A stretch of DNA of 38,724 nucleotides from Candidatus Poribacteria bacterium. GTDB taxonomy: Bacteria; Poribacteria; WGA-4E; GCA-2687025. This document shows, piece after piece, positions 1-8,057 of the stretch (positions are counted from its first letter, which is position 1; the number at the start of each line of letters is the position of its first letter). Under the pieces are notes generated by a model, which was not told the DNA's origin, ran no database searches, and saw only the letters and a list, made by a program, of their open reading frames with translations. Position numbers and translations under genes: made by a program. The stretch lies in NCBI GenBank assembly GCA_002687025.1, contig NYZG01000128.1, positions 1 through 38,724 of the forward strand, in the 5' to 3' direction.

Positions 1-1658
1 AGTAGCTCCGGTGGGCAGCTATCCGCGCTGATGCGGTACACCGCGGCGCGGTGTTTGTTCATGACGCGCAACATCGGTTCGCGATTGCTCTCGAACCCGT
101 CGAACGCGCCCTTCACGCGGGCCAACTCCGCGGACGTGGCGTAGGCCTTGCCGGTCAGGACGGCGGTGAGGCCGCCGGTCATGGCGTAGGCCGCTTCGCT
201 CTCGTAAGGGATGCCCTTGATCATGAGCAGCGAACCGAGGTTCGCGTAGCCCAACCCGAGCGGGCGGTACGCGGCGCTGTTCTCGCATATCTGCTGCGTC
301 GGATACGACGAGAACCCGACGATGATCTCCATGGCGATCGTGAACGTGCGGATGGCTTCCTCGTACGCCGGGACATCGTACGTGCCGTCGGCGTTGAGGA
401 ACTTCACCAGGTTCAGCGACGCGAGGTTGCACGCCGAGTCGTTCAGGAACATGTACTCGGAACACGGGTTGCTCGCGCTGATGCGATCCGTGTTCGAGCA
501 CGTGTGCCAGTCGTTGATCGTCGAGTCGAACTGCACGCCCGGGTCCGCACACGACCACGCCGCGTGGGCGACCTGATTCATCAGATCACGCGCGCGATGC
601 GTCTTGTGGATCTCCCCGGTGGTCCGCAGGGACGTGTTCCACGAGCCGTCCTTCAGGTGCGCTTCCATGAACGCGTCGGTGATGCGCACCGAGTTGTTCG
701 AGTTCTGACCCGAGACCGTCTTATACGCCTCGCCATTGAAGTCGGACGTGAAACCGGCGGCCACGAGCGCGGCGACCTTTTCCTCTTCGCGCACCTTCCA
801 ATTGATGAACGACTCGATCTCGGGGTGATCCATGTCGAGGATCACCATCTTAGCCGCGCGGCGCGTCGTGCCGCCGGACTTCGTTGCCCCGGCGCCGCGG
901 TCGAGCACTTCCAGGAAGGACATGAGGCCGGAGGACGTGCCGCCGCTGCTGAGGCGCTCCATGTTCCCGCGCAGTCCCGAGAAGTTCGTCCCCGTGCCGG
1001 AGCCGTACTTGAACAGCCGCGCCTCGTTCCGCGTCAGGTCGAAGATCGACATCAGGTCGTCATCGACCGACTGGATGAAGCACGCCGAGTTCTGCGGGTG
1101 CGCGTAGCTGTCGGGGATCTCGACCGCCTGCCCCTGCATCTCGTCGTACCACCAGTTCCCACTGCTGCCTTCGATGCCATATTCGTGCGACAGGCCGCAG
1201 TTGAACCAGACCGGCGAATTGAACGCGCCCATCTGGCGCACGAGGAGATGAGTGAGCTCCATCTCGAACGTCTCGGCGTCCTTGGCCGAGGCGAAGTAGC
1301 CCGCGCGTTCACCTTCGACGCGTATCGTGTGCGCTACGCGATAGATGACCCGATCGGCCCCGCGTTCGCTGTCGGTTTCGGGCACTCCCGCTCTGCGGAA
1401 GTACTTCGAGACCATGATGTCCGTCGCGAGCTGGGACCACTCCTTGGGGACGCGGACGTTGTCCACCTCGAAGATGGTCTCGCCCTTCTCGCTATAGATC
1501 GCGGAACGGCGTTCGACCCATTCGAGATCGTCGTACGGGTGCGCGTTGGGCTTGGTGAAGTAGCGGGAAACACGTAGGCCTTTGGCCACAGCCGGGTCGG
1601 CGTCCTGTTCCGTCGAGACAGGCGCGCGCGAATCCCCCTCAGTCGGGTGGTCCGCCAT
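1..1658 (-). CDS. nrdJ: Ribonucleotide reductase, class II (adenosylcobalamin-dependent) large chain, N-terminal ~552 codons; 3' end runs off the window
   Basis: Absent from the ORF track because no stop lies inside the window. Manual minus-strand translation from the ATG at 1658-1656 stays open to position 1: MADHPTEGDSRAPVSTEQDADPAVAKGLRVSRYFTKPNAHPYDDLEWVERRSAIYSEKGETIFEVDNVRVPKEWSQLATDIMVSKYF...PQNSACFIQSVDDDLMSIFDL...GSGTGTNFSGLRG...ISASNPCSEYMFLNDSACNLASLNL. These are RNR catalytic-core motifs. A GAGGAG RBS sits 7 nt upstream, and the gene lies directly downstream of nrdR. The listed 508-aa plus-strand ORF 51..1577 is its antisense shadow. Confidence 0.9.
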   Translation of the reverse strand, partial: MADHPTEGDSRAPVSTEQDADPAVAKGLRVSRYFTKPNAHPYDDLEWVERRSAIYSEKGETIFEVDNVRVPKEWSQLATDIMVSKYFRRAGVPETDSERGADRVIYRVAHTIRVEGERAGYFASAKDAETFEMELTHLLVRQMGAFNSPVWFNCGLSHEYGIEGSSGNWWYDEMQGQAVEIPDSYAHPQNSACFIQSVDDDLMSIFDLTRNEARLFKYGSGTGTNFSGLRGNMERLSSGGTSSGLMSFLEVLDRGAGATKSGGTTRRAAKMVILDMDHPEIESFINWKVREEEKVAALVAAGFTSDFNGEAYKTVSGQNSNNSVRITDAFMEAHLKDGSWNTSLRTTGEIHKTHRARDLMNQVAHAAWSCADPGVQFDSTINDWHTCSNTDRISASNPCSEYMFLNDSACNLASLNLVKFLNADGTYDVPAYEEAIRTFTIAMEIIVGFSSYPTQQICENSAAYRPLGLGYANLGSLLMIKGIPYESEAAYAMTGGLTAVLTGKAYATSAELARVKGAFDGFESNREPMLRVMNKHRAAVYRISADSCPPEL

Positions 1659-1740
1659 AGCGAAGCTCCTCAGCATGAACGTCGTAATAGGCCCGTCCAA
1701 CAACGGCGGGCGGCGTTCACGCGATGTCTATTCCTGTCTC

Positions 1741-1792
1741 GTAATGTGCGCGCCGACTTCCCACGTCAAGCGCGGATAACCACAATCCGCGG
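1741..1792 (-). promoter_or_regulatory. Candidate nrdJ promoter (TTGACG-17 nt-CATTAC on the minus strand) preceded by a perfect 7-bp inverted repeat CGCGGAT-N7-ATCCGCG (1771..1791)
   Basis: Read directly in the 227-bp nrdR-nrdJ spacer. The -35 hexamer is good and the -10 is weak. The palindrome abuts the -35. It does not match the NrdR-box consensus, so its binding protein is unknown. Confidence 0.3.
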
Positions 1793-1885
1793 ATGAGGCG
1801 AGACCTGACCTGGCGGCCGCCGCTCGGCGCGCGTGCGGGCATACGAAGGCCCGCGCAAAGCGTCGGCTTGGTTCTCAGAGAACGC

Positions 1886-2338
1886 TCAAGAGCCCTGAAG
1901 CTGTTTCAGCGCTTCCTCGAAGTCTTCCGCGTCGTGGAAATCTCGGTAGACGGACGCGAATCGGATGTACGCGACCTGATCCAGGTCCTTCAGGGCGTCC
2001 ATCACCATTTCGCCGATAGCGTGGCTGGCGACTTCCTTCGTCGGTCGGGAGATGAGCCGTTGCTCAATCCCCGCGACGAGCGCGTCCAACGCCTCGGGCC
2101 CCACGGGCCGTTTGGCGCATGCCACCTGTATCTTCTGCCGGAGCTTCTGCCTGTCGAAGTTCTGGCGGGCGCCGTCCTTCTTAATCACCGCCATGTCCAG
2201 GATCGCCGACTGCTCGTAGGTCGTGAACCGCTGATCGCAGTCGAGGCACTTCCGACGGCGACGGATGACCGCGCCATCTTGTGCGTCTCGTTTATCCACG
2301 ACCCGCGTCTGCCGTGACCGACAGTATGGACAGAGCAT
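1886..2338 (-). CDS. nrdR: Transcriptional repressor NrdR (zinc ribbon + ATP-cone)
   Basis: Internal Met of track ORF 1886..2638. The sequence MLCPYCRSRQTRVVDKRDAQDGAVIRRRRKCLDCDQRFTTYEQS...VIKKDGARQNFDRQKLRQKI...AYIRFASVYRDF is the canonical NrdR sequence pattern. Length is 150 aa, and the ATG is verified at 2338-2336. Upstream of nrdJ, as in known nrdR-nrdJ operons. Confidence 0.95.
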   Translation of the reverse strand: MLCPYCRSRQTRVVDKRDAQDGAVIRRRRKCLDCDQRFTTYEQSAILDMAVIKKDGARQNFDRQKLRQKIQVACAKRPVGPEALDALVAGIEQRLISRPTKEVASHAIGEMVMDALKDLDQVAYIRFASVYRDFHDAEDFEEALKQLQGS

Positions 2339-2868
2339 GTGATTCCCGAATACACAACATATGGGGCTTGGGTGCCTCCCACGCCCCAACACGTAGGCAG
2401 TATAGGGCCGGTAGATTGGGCTGTCAACACCATATCGTAGGTATGATCTGTAACAGAACGTCGACCCCAATCTGGCCCGGATCGACGCGAATTCGGCCGC
2501 TGCGCGCCGGAGCCGCGATGAGCGGGACGTGGTCCGTGACGCAGAACCACGATGCCGGCGACACCATGTCGCGACCTCGACGTTCATGCCCTGATGGACA
2601 CTGGCTTCGAGAGGGGAGGGGAAAGGGCGGTGTCGCACTCTGGGGCAGAAGGCGACGCCGCTACGGGAATAAGATGGTGTCTAGCTGGAGCGAATTCGGT
2701 CTGCGGTGTAAGCCAGGCCCGCTGAATCTGCTGGGCCGCTATCGTCGCTTCGAGATAGGCGGGAGGAATCCAAAGGCGCGGAGATCGAACATGGCTTGCG
2801 GCCCCATACGCCGTTCTGGGACCATCGCTGCCAGATGCTGTGGCATTCCTACCGAGCGAGGGCAGAGA

Positions 2869-3231
2869 GTGGAACCGAGAGCTGTTGATTTCGCGGTCTA
2901 TCGAGTATCGGACATGGCACGATCGGTTGAGTTCTATCGTGATGTGTTGGCCCTCGAATACACCGAATCGCCTTCCGACTACTGGTCGGAATTTACGGTC
3001 GGATCGACAACCATAGCGTTACAGAAGCCTGGGCCTGGGCCAAAGGGATTGGGGTGCGCCGTTGCCATTGCCGTTGAGGACGTGCAGGAGACAGTAGCAG
3101 AACTGCGGGCGAAAGGCGTGAGAATCCTCCGCGAGCCTGGAGAATCGCGCTTCTGTCACTTCGCCGTGATACAGGATCCAGACGGCAACAGCGTATGGCT
3201 GCACCGTTGCAAGGACGATACGCATGGATGA
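2869..3231 (+). CDS. VOC (glyoxalase/bleomycin-resistance/dioxygenase) family protein, ~120 aa
   Basis: C-terminal part of track ORF 2281..3231: VEPRAVDFAVYRVSDMARSVEFYRDVLALEY...IALQK...AIAVEDVQETVAELRAKGVRILREP...FAVIQDPDGNSVWLH is a typical single VOC module. GTG 2869 follows GAGGG by about 7 nt. An in-frame ATG at 2791 is an alternative start. Confidence 0.75.
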   Translation: MEPRAVDFAVYRVSDMARSVEFYRDVLALEYTESPSDYWSEFTVGSTTIALQKPGPGPKGLGCAVAIAVEDVQETVAELRAKGVRILREPGESRFCHFAVIQDPDGNSVWLHRCKDDTHG

Positions 3232-3260
3232 AGGAATCATGTCCTGATGGCCGCACATGA

Positions 3261-3491
3261 CGGAGGGAACCCTGGGCCTCACGGTTCGACGGGTCCCGCG
3301 CCAACGCCTCCTCCAAGAGCCACGAGGAATCGGACAACAGCACCGAGCTCGATCGGGGAGATCCGTACGCTCTGGCGACGCAGATGGCCGCCATGCAGGC
3401 AGGCTACGGGCTGACGGTGCTGGGAGGGTGCTGCGGCACGGATTCCGAACACATCGCGGCGATCGCGGATGCATGCGCAGCCTCGGTGTAG
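3261..3491 (+). pseudogene. Start-less C-terminal remnant of a homocysteine S-methyltransferase (Hcy-binding domain) gene
   Basis: Manual translation of the frame ending at TAG 3489-3491 gives ...ELDRGDPYALATQMAAMQAGYGLTVLGGCCGTDSEHIAAIADACAASV*. The GGCCGT-x-P/S-EHI signature ends the Hcy-binding domain of MmuM/BHMT/MetH-type enzymes. The frame is closed by TGA at 3258 and has no start codon. Only about 50 codons look homologous, against about 300 for an intact gene. Confidence 0.6.
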
Positions 3492-3789
3492 GACGCGCCA
3501 GTTTTGCGCCGAAGCGCCATCTGGACTACACTCAATGCGAGGTTTAGGGGGACGAGGAGGTCCCGCCCGACATACGCGCGAAATCCCGGTCTGTACGGTA
3601 TTCGGCTGCGAACGCCAGACGGTCGGCCGGGGTCGTCCTATCGTATGCCTATTCGGCGCCAGCCGCCGCACTCGCGAGGCGTGACGAGCCGTGCTCGCAC
3701 ACCTGGTGTCGGCGTGGAAACCGTGGCGCTCACGAGACGCCCGCGCTGTGTGGCGTTGCGTCTCGCGTCCGAGGGGGAAAGAGGGGGAA

Positions 3790-4752
3790 ATGGCCGGTCA
3801 GGCAAGGAGCGGACAGGAGCCGTTTGAGTTCATCTACCGCGAAGACCTGCGCAGTCTGCCGGACGCGGCGCTCGCCCACGAGGTGAAGCTGCACGGCGGG
3901 TTCGCCGTCGACAAGCGACCCGGTTACGGGCAGGTCTACTACGGCATGCCGGGCGCGGGCGTGATGCGCATCAGCGCCGACATGACCACGCAAGAGATTA
4001 TCGAAGTGTCCGCCGACCTGGTGGACGTGAATTTCCACAGCGCGAAGATCGGCGAATTCGACGGCGAGCCGCGCCTGTTCCTCCCCGCGAACGGTGACGA
4101 GATGGTCGCCGTCCTCACGCTGGACGGCGAGACGGAGTTCATTCTCCCAACGCCCGAGTTCGAGCAGTACGCCGACAGTTCGGAGGCGCCGTATCGACCC
4201 ACCGACACCGTCCCGGACGGCGACAGCCTGCTCATCGCGGACGGATACGGGGCCAACTACATCACGACGGCGCATCTCGCCTCACGCGGTTGGACGTCCA
4301 TCTTCGGTGGCAAGTCGGACGACCCGACGCAACTCGGCAAGTACGGCACGGCTCACGGCATGAACCGGACGCCCGGCGGCGGCCATCTCGCCATCGCCGA
4401 CCGCCCGCACTCGCGTATTGAGGTCGTCACGTTCGACGGGCAGGGCAGCAAGTCGTACGGCCTGCCGGACGGTTCCCGCCCTTGCGGCATCGACTTCGTC
4501 GAGTGGGACGGCCATTGGTACGCGGCCATCGGCAGCCTGGACGATCCGCAGGCGGGGAGACCCGCGCCGATCTATATCCTCGACGGCGAGTCGTATGAAG
4601 TGCTCTCGACGATCCGCCCGAAGGAAGACCTCGGCATAGAACTCGCGGATCACATGCACAACGTCACCTGGAACGTCCACGACGGGCGTCTCCATCTCGT
4701 GTGCCAGGCCTGGAATCCCGGATACTACTTCGTCCTCGAACTGAGCTCGTAA
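3790..4752 (+). CDS. Six-bladed beta-propeller protein, NHL / peptidyl-alpha-hydroxyglycine alpha-amidating lyase (PAL)-like; no signal peptide
   Basis: Internal Met 34 of track ORF 3691..4752, preceded by GGGGGAAAGAGGGGGAA. The segments LLIADGYGANYI, GTAHGMNRTPGGGHLAIADRPHSRIEVV and LADHMHNVTWNVHDGRLHLV resemble PAL blades (VADGYCNSRI, PHSLA...VADRENGRI, MPHDI...). The family assignment is from memory of PAL sequences, not a search. Confidence 0.5.
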   Translation: MAGQARSGQEPFEFIYREDLRSLPDAALAHEVKLHGGFAVDKRPGYGQVYYGMPGAGVMRISADMTTQEIIEVSADLVDVNFHSAKIGEFDGEPRLFLPANGDEMVAVLTLDGETEFILPTPEFEQYADSSEAPYRPTDTVPDGDSLLIADGYGANYITTAHLASRGWTSIFGGKSDDPTQLGKYGTAHGMNRTPGGGHLAIADRPHSRIEVVTFDGQGSKSYGLPDGSRPCGIDFVEWDGHWYAAIGSLDDPQAGRPAPIYILDGESYEVLSTIRPKEDLGIELADHMHNVTWNVHDGRLHLVCQAWNPGYYFVLELSS

Positions 4753-4785
4753 TCGAGCGATCCGTCATGAGCAGGAGGTTTTGCC

Positions 4786-5976
4786 ATGCCGAGTAATAGA
4801 GGCGTCGCGTACATGGGCCCGGGCGTCGTGGAGGTCCAGGGCATCGACTTCCCCAAGTTGGAATTGGGGACGCGCAGGTGTGACCACGGCGTGATCCTGA
4901 AGGTCGTGGCCACGAACATCTGCGGCAGCGATCAGCACATGGTCCGCGGCAGAACCACCGCGCCCGAAGGCCTGGTTCTGGGTCACGAAATCACGGGCGA
5001 GATCATCGAGGCGGGTAGGGACGTCGAGTTCCTCGAAGTCGGCGACATCGTCTCCGCGCCGTTCAACATCGCTTGCGGGCGCTGCCGAAACTGCAAGGAA
5101 GGCAAGACCGGTATCTGCCTTAACGTGAACCCGGCGCGTCCCGGGGCCGCTTTCGGATACGTCGACATGGGCGGCTGGGTCGGCGGGCAGGCGGAATACG
5201 TGATGGTCCCGTACGCGGACTTCAACCTGCTGAAGTTCCCGGACAGAGACGTCGCTATGGCGAAGATCGACGACCTTACGCTGCTTTCGGACATCTTCCC
5301 GACGGGCTTCCATGGCGCCGTGTCCGCGGGCGTCGGCCCAGGCTCGATCGTGTACGTCGCGGGCGCCGGGCCGGTCGGCTTGGCCTGCGCCGCCTCATGT
5401 CAGTTGCTGGGAGCCGCGTGCGTCATCGTCGGCGACATGATCCCCGAGAGACTGGCGCAGGCCCGTAGCTTCGGCTGTGAAACAGTCGACCTGCGCGAGG
5501 ACGCATCGCTCTCCGACCAGATCGAAGCGATTACGGGCGATCCCGAGGTGGACTGCGCGGTGGATTGCGTCGGATTCGAGGCGCGCGGGCATGGCAGCGA
5601 CGCAGGGACGGAGCACCCCGCCACCGTGCTGAACGCCGTCATGGAGGTGACGCGCGCGGGCGGCGCCATCGGCATCCCCGGTCTCTACGTGACCGAAGAC
5701 CCCGGCGCCGAGGACGACAACGCGAAGATCGGTCAGTTGGGCATCCGCATCGGTCTCGGCTGGGCGAAGTCCCACTGCTTCACGACCGGCCAATGCCCGG
5801 TCATGCGGTATAACCGCCAACTCATGAACGCGATCCTCTACGACAAGATCAAGATCGCCGACGCGGTCAACGTGACGATCATCTCGCTCGACGACGCCCC
5901 CGCCGGATACGGCGACTTCGATCGCGGGGCTGCGAAGAAGTACGTCATCGATCCGCATGCGGCGCTTTCCGGGTAG
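4786..5976 (+). CDS. fdhA: Glutathione-independent formaldehyde dehydrogenase (zinc MDR family)
   Basis: The 396-aa product is near-colinear with Pseudomonas putida FdhA as I recall it: NRGVAYMGPGVVEVQ, HGVILKVVATNICGSDQHMVRGRTTA, GLVLGHEITGE, CGRCRNCKEG, GAAFGYVDMGGWVGGQAEYVMVPYADFNLLKFPDRD, VAGAGPVGL, GIPGLYVTEDPGA, GWAKSH, ISLDDAPAGYGDFD. An AGGAGG RBS lies 8 nt upstream. Confidence 0.93.
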   Translation: MPSNRGVAYMGPGVVEVQGIDFPKLELGTRRCDHGVILKVVATNICGSDQHMVRGRTTAPEGLVLGHEITGEIIEAGRDVEFLEVGDIVSAPFNIACGRCRNCKEGKTGICLNVNPARPGAAFGYVDMGGWVGGQAEYVMVPYADFNLLKFPDRDVAMAKIDDLTLLSDIFPTGFHGAVSAGVGPGSIVYVAGAGPVGLACAASCQLLGAACVIVGDMIPERLAQARSFGCETVDLREDASLSDQIEAITGDPEVDCAVDCVGFEARGHGSDAGTEHPATVLNAVMEVTRAGGAIGIPGLYVTEDPGAEDDNAKIGQLGIRIGLGWAKSHCFTTGQCPVMRYNRQLMNAILYDKIKIADAVNVTIISLDDAPAGYGDFDRGAAKKYVIDPHAALSG

Positions 5977-6406
5977 CAGGGGCGGCGGCCTGCTGGCGGG
6001 CGACCGCATAACCGCCAGGCCGTGACGCGCAATCCGGCCTCTTCACAGTCGGCTCACGGCGCGACGATAGTTCCGAAGGAACCCATCAACTGTTCTGCTG
6101 AGTCAGGACGGGCGCACTTCGGTACCCTCGTGCCGGGTGTCCCTGGAAGTTGGGTGGACCAGAGAGCGGGTCGCTTTCTGCCGGTGACATGCCGCGGCCC
6201 TTTGTCGGGGCGTATTCAGGGATGACTACGCCCCACCCTCCGGTTTCACGCCGCGTTGCCCAGACCCGCTGCCCAGGTAGGAGGCGACCCTCGTGCCGTC
6301 GGCCGGCGCGTGGTTGCGGTCGGTCTGTGCGAACACCGCCTGGCCTCGACCACACCAGGCCCGTGATGCTGCCGGGCGTCATGTGCCGCGTCGACGGTCG
6401 GAAGCA

Positions 6407-7843
6407 TCACGGACGTGCTCGGGCCTCCGAACGGTCTTCTGTTCTCCTCTTGTACCCTTCGACCGCGTCCTGTCGATACGTGGGTTCGCCCTCAAGGTCC
6501 AGCACGCCGTCCTCGTCCAGATGGAGGCCCTGCAGGCGGCCCTTGACCGCGACGGCGTCCATGAGGGTGCGCATCAGTTCACCGAGAGAACGCGCATCTC
6601 GCGCGGGCGCGACCAGCGTTGCATTCGGGATGCCGTGATGCGTCAGATCCTCGGCGGTTCCCTCGTACGAGGCTTCCTGCGCCTCCGCCATCGGCAACCC
6701 CTCGAAGCAAGGAAAACGCCCGCCGATCTGCGTCCCCGTCGGTATCGTCAGGTCGCTGCCAAGATCCTCCCAGCGGACAAACAGGACGGCCTTGTTGCGA
6801 GGCCCGTTCAGGATGCCGTTGTACAGCGAATGGTTGCTCGTGGGGCCTCGCGCCGCCAGCACATCCATCCCGGCGCCACGCTCTTGGATCGACTCGGCGG
6901 CGAGCTGGACGAACCACTCGCCGAGGAACCGGTTGTCCGCGTAGTTGTAGAACACGAGAGCGCTCTTGCCGGCATCCTCCATCGCATGCAGCCATCCCGC
7001 GAGCCGGTATGCGATGTTGTCGGGACTGTCATGCGGGAGGCAAAACCGCGCGTGTGCTTGGGCAACGCCTTCGAGAAGCCGATCCACGCGGCTTCCGGGC
7101 GGCTCTTCGCCGCCGACAGTCGCGGCCAGGAAGAAGAGGCCGACGGGAGAAAACGCCGAGAACCGGCCCCCGACGCCGTCGGGTATGGGAAGGGGCTCTC
7201 CGCCGTAGAAGGGGGCAGATTGGTGCAGTCGGTACAGCGCGCTACCGTCCCCGATTCCGGTGGTGGCGAGTACGTACTCATTCCAGGTCGGCCCGGTACA
7301 CGGCAGCTTCGCGTTCAGGTAGTCGCGCAGAACCATGAGCGTGGATATGGTTTCGCCCGTTGTCCCCGACTTGCTGATGACGTTGAAGAGGGTTCGGCCC
7401 AGCAGGCCACGTTGACAGAGCATCGACAATAGGCGCTCAAGGCCTGTGGGGTCGAACGTGTCGCCCGTGAAATACGCCTCCGGCGGCCCGCCCGCCACGC
7501 GACGGGTGAAGTTGTGGTAGGGGCCGTTCAGCACGTCATGGAACAGGCGTGCGCTGAGGTCGGAGCCGCCGACACCGATCGTCACCAGAACATCGAAATC
7601 GGAACGCGCTTGCTCGGCCCTGGCGACGACGTCGCCGATCGTGGCGTCCTGCTGATGGCTGACTGTCCACGCGCGCTGGCGCGCAACAAGATCTGCCGTG
7701 AGTTCCTCGGCGAACAGTTGATGCGTCGCGGCCAACTCCGACTCGACCCTCTCGGCCGCCGCGGCATCGGCCTCCGAGAATCCCGTGTTCTTTTCGCCAC
7801 TCACGTGGAGGCGCAGCTTCTGGATCGCCTGGTTCATCGCCAC
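6407..7843 (-). CDS. pgi: Glucose-6-phosphate isomerase
   Basis: 478 aa with the PGI/SIS signatures VTIGVGGSDL, FNVISKSGTTGET and GGRFSAFSPVGL. GTG start at 7843 (ATG two codons in). The plus-strand ORFs 6293..7432 and 6619..7338 are antisense shadows. Confidence 0.9.
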   Translation of the reverse strand: MAMNQAIQKLRLHVSGEKNTGFSEADAAAAERVESELAATHQLFAEELTADLVARQRAWTVSHQQDATIGDVVARAEQARSDFDVLVTIGVGGSDLSARLFHDVLNGPYHNFTRRVAGGPPEAYFTGDTFDPTGLERLLSMLCQRGLLGRTLFNVISKSGTTGETISTLMVLRDYLNAKLPCTGPTWNEYVLATTGIGDGSALYRLHQSAPFYGGEPLPIPDGVGGRFSAFSPVGLFFLAATVGGEEPPGSRVDRLLEGVAQAHARFCLPHDSPDNIAYRLAGWLHAMEDAGKSALVFYNYADNRFLGEWFVQLAAESIQERGAGMDVLAARGPTSNHSLYNGILNGPRNKAVLFVRWEDLGSDLTIPTGTQIGGRFPCFEGLPMAEAQEASYEGTAEDLTHHGIPNATLVAPARDARSLGELMRTLMDAVAVKGRLQGLHLDEDGVLDLEGEPTYRQDAVEGYKRRTEDRSEARARP

Positions 7844-8057
7844 ATCCCTGTTGCACGCGCGGCACTCTTACTCGGCGTGCCAATGTCCCCGAATTGTGAC
7901 CCACTCTACTCTGAATGCGCTGCGAGCGCAATACTATTGACATTGAGACACAACTGCAACAACCGTACGGCCGCAGCCTCGCGGGAGATTCCGTTGCGCG
8001 GACTATACCCAAGCAGTATCCTGATATGTGTGCGACGCATATCCAGGAGATGGCCTC

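Noticed and set aside
51-1577. 508-aa plus-strand ORF, plus smaller ORFs in 19..1573.
   Set aside because: It lies exactly antisense to the clearly recognisable class II RNR reading frame. Its product is Arg/Val/Gly-rich low-complexity text with no motifs, a typical shadow ORF in GC-rich DNA.
2560-2760. Looked for a cobalamin riboswitch near the B12-dependent RNR locus (GGGAA...GGTG...AAGCCAGG-like strings).
   Set aside because: The conserved core (…CCCGCnACTGT… and the B12 box AGYCMGGAGACCKGCC) is not present in recognisable order on either strand. The region is upstream of nrdR or the VOC gene rather than nrdJ.
5976-6018. Two GC-rich stem-loops right after fdhA, considered as an intrinsic terminator.
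   Set aside because: The stems are short (5 and 7 bp), the loops are large (8 and 12 nt), and no U-tract follows. That is insufficient for a terminator call.
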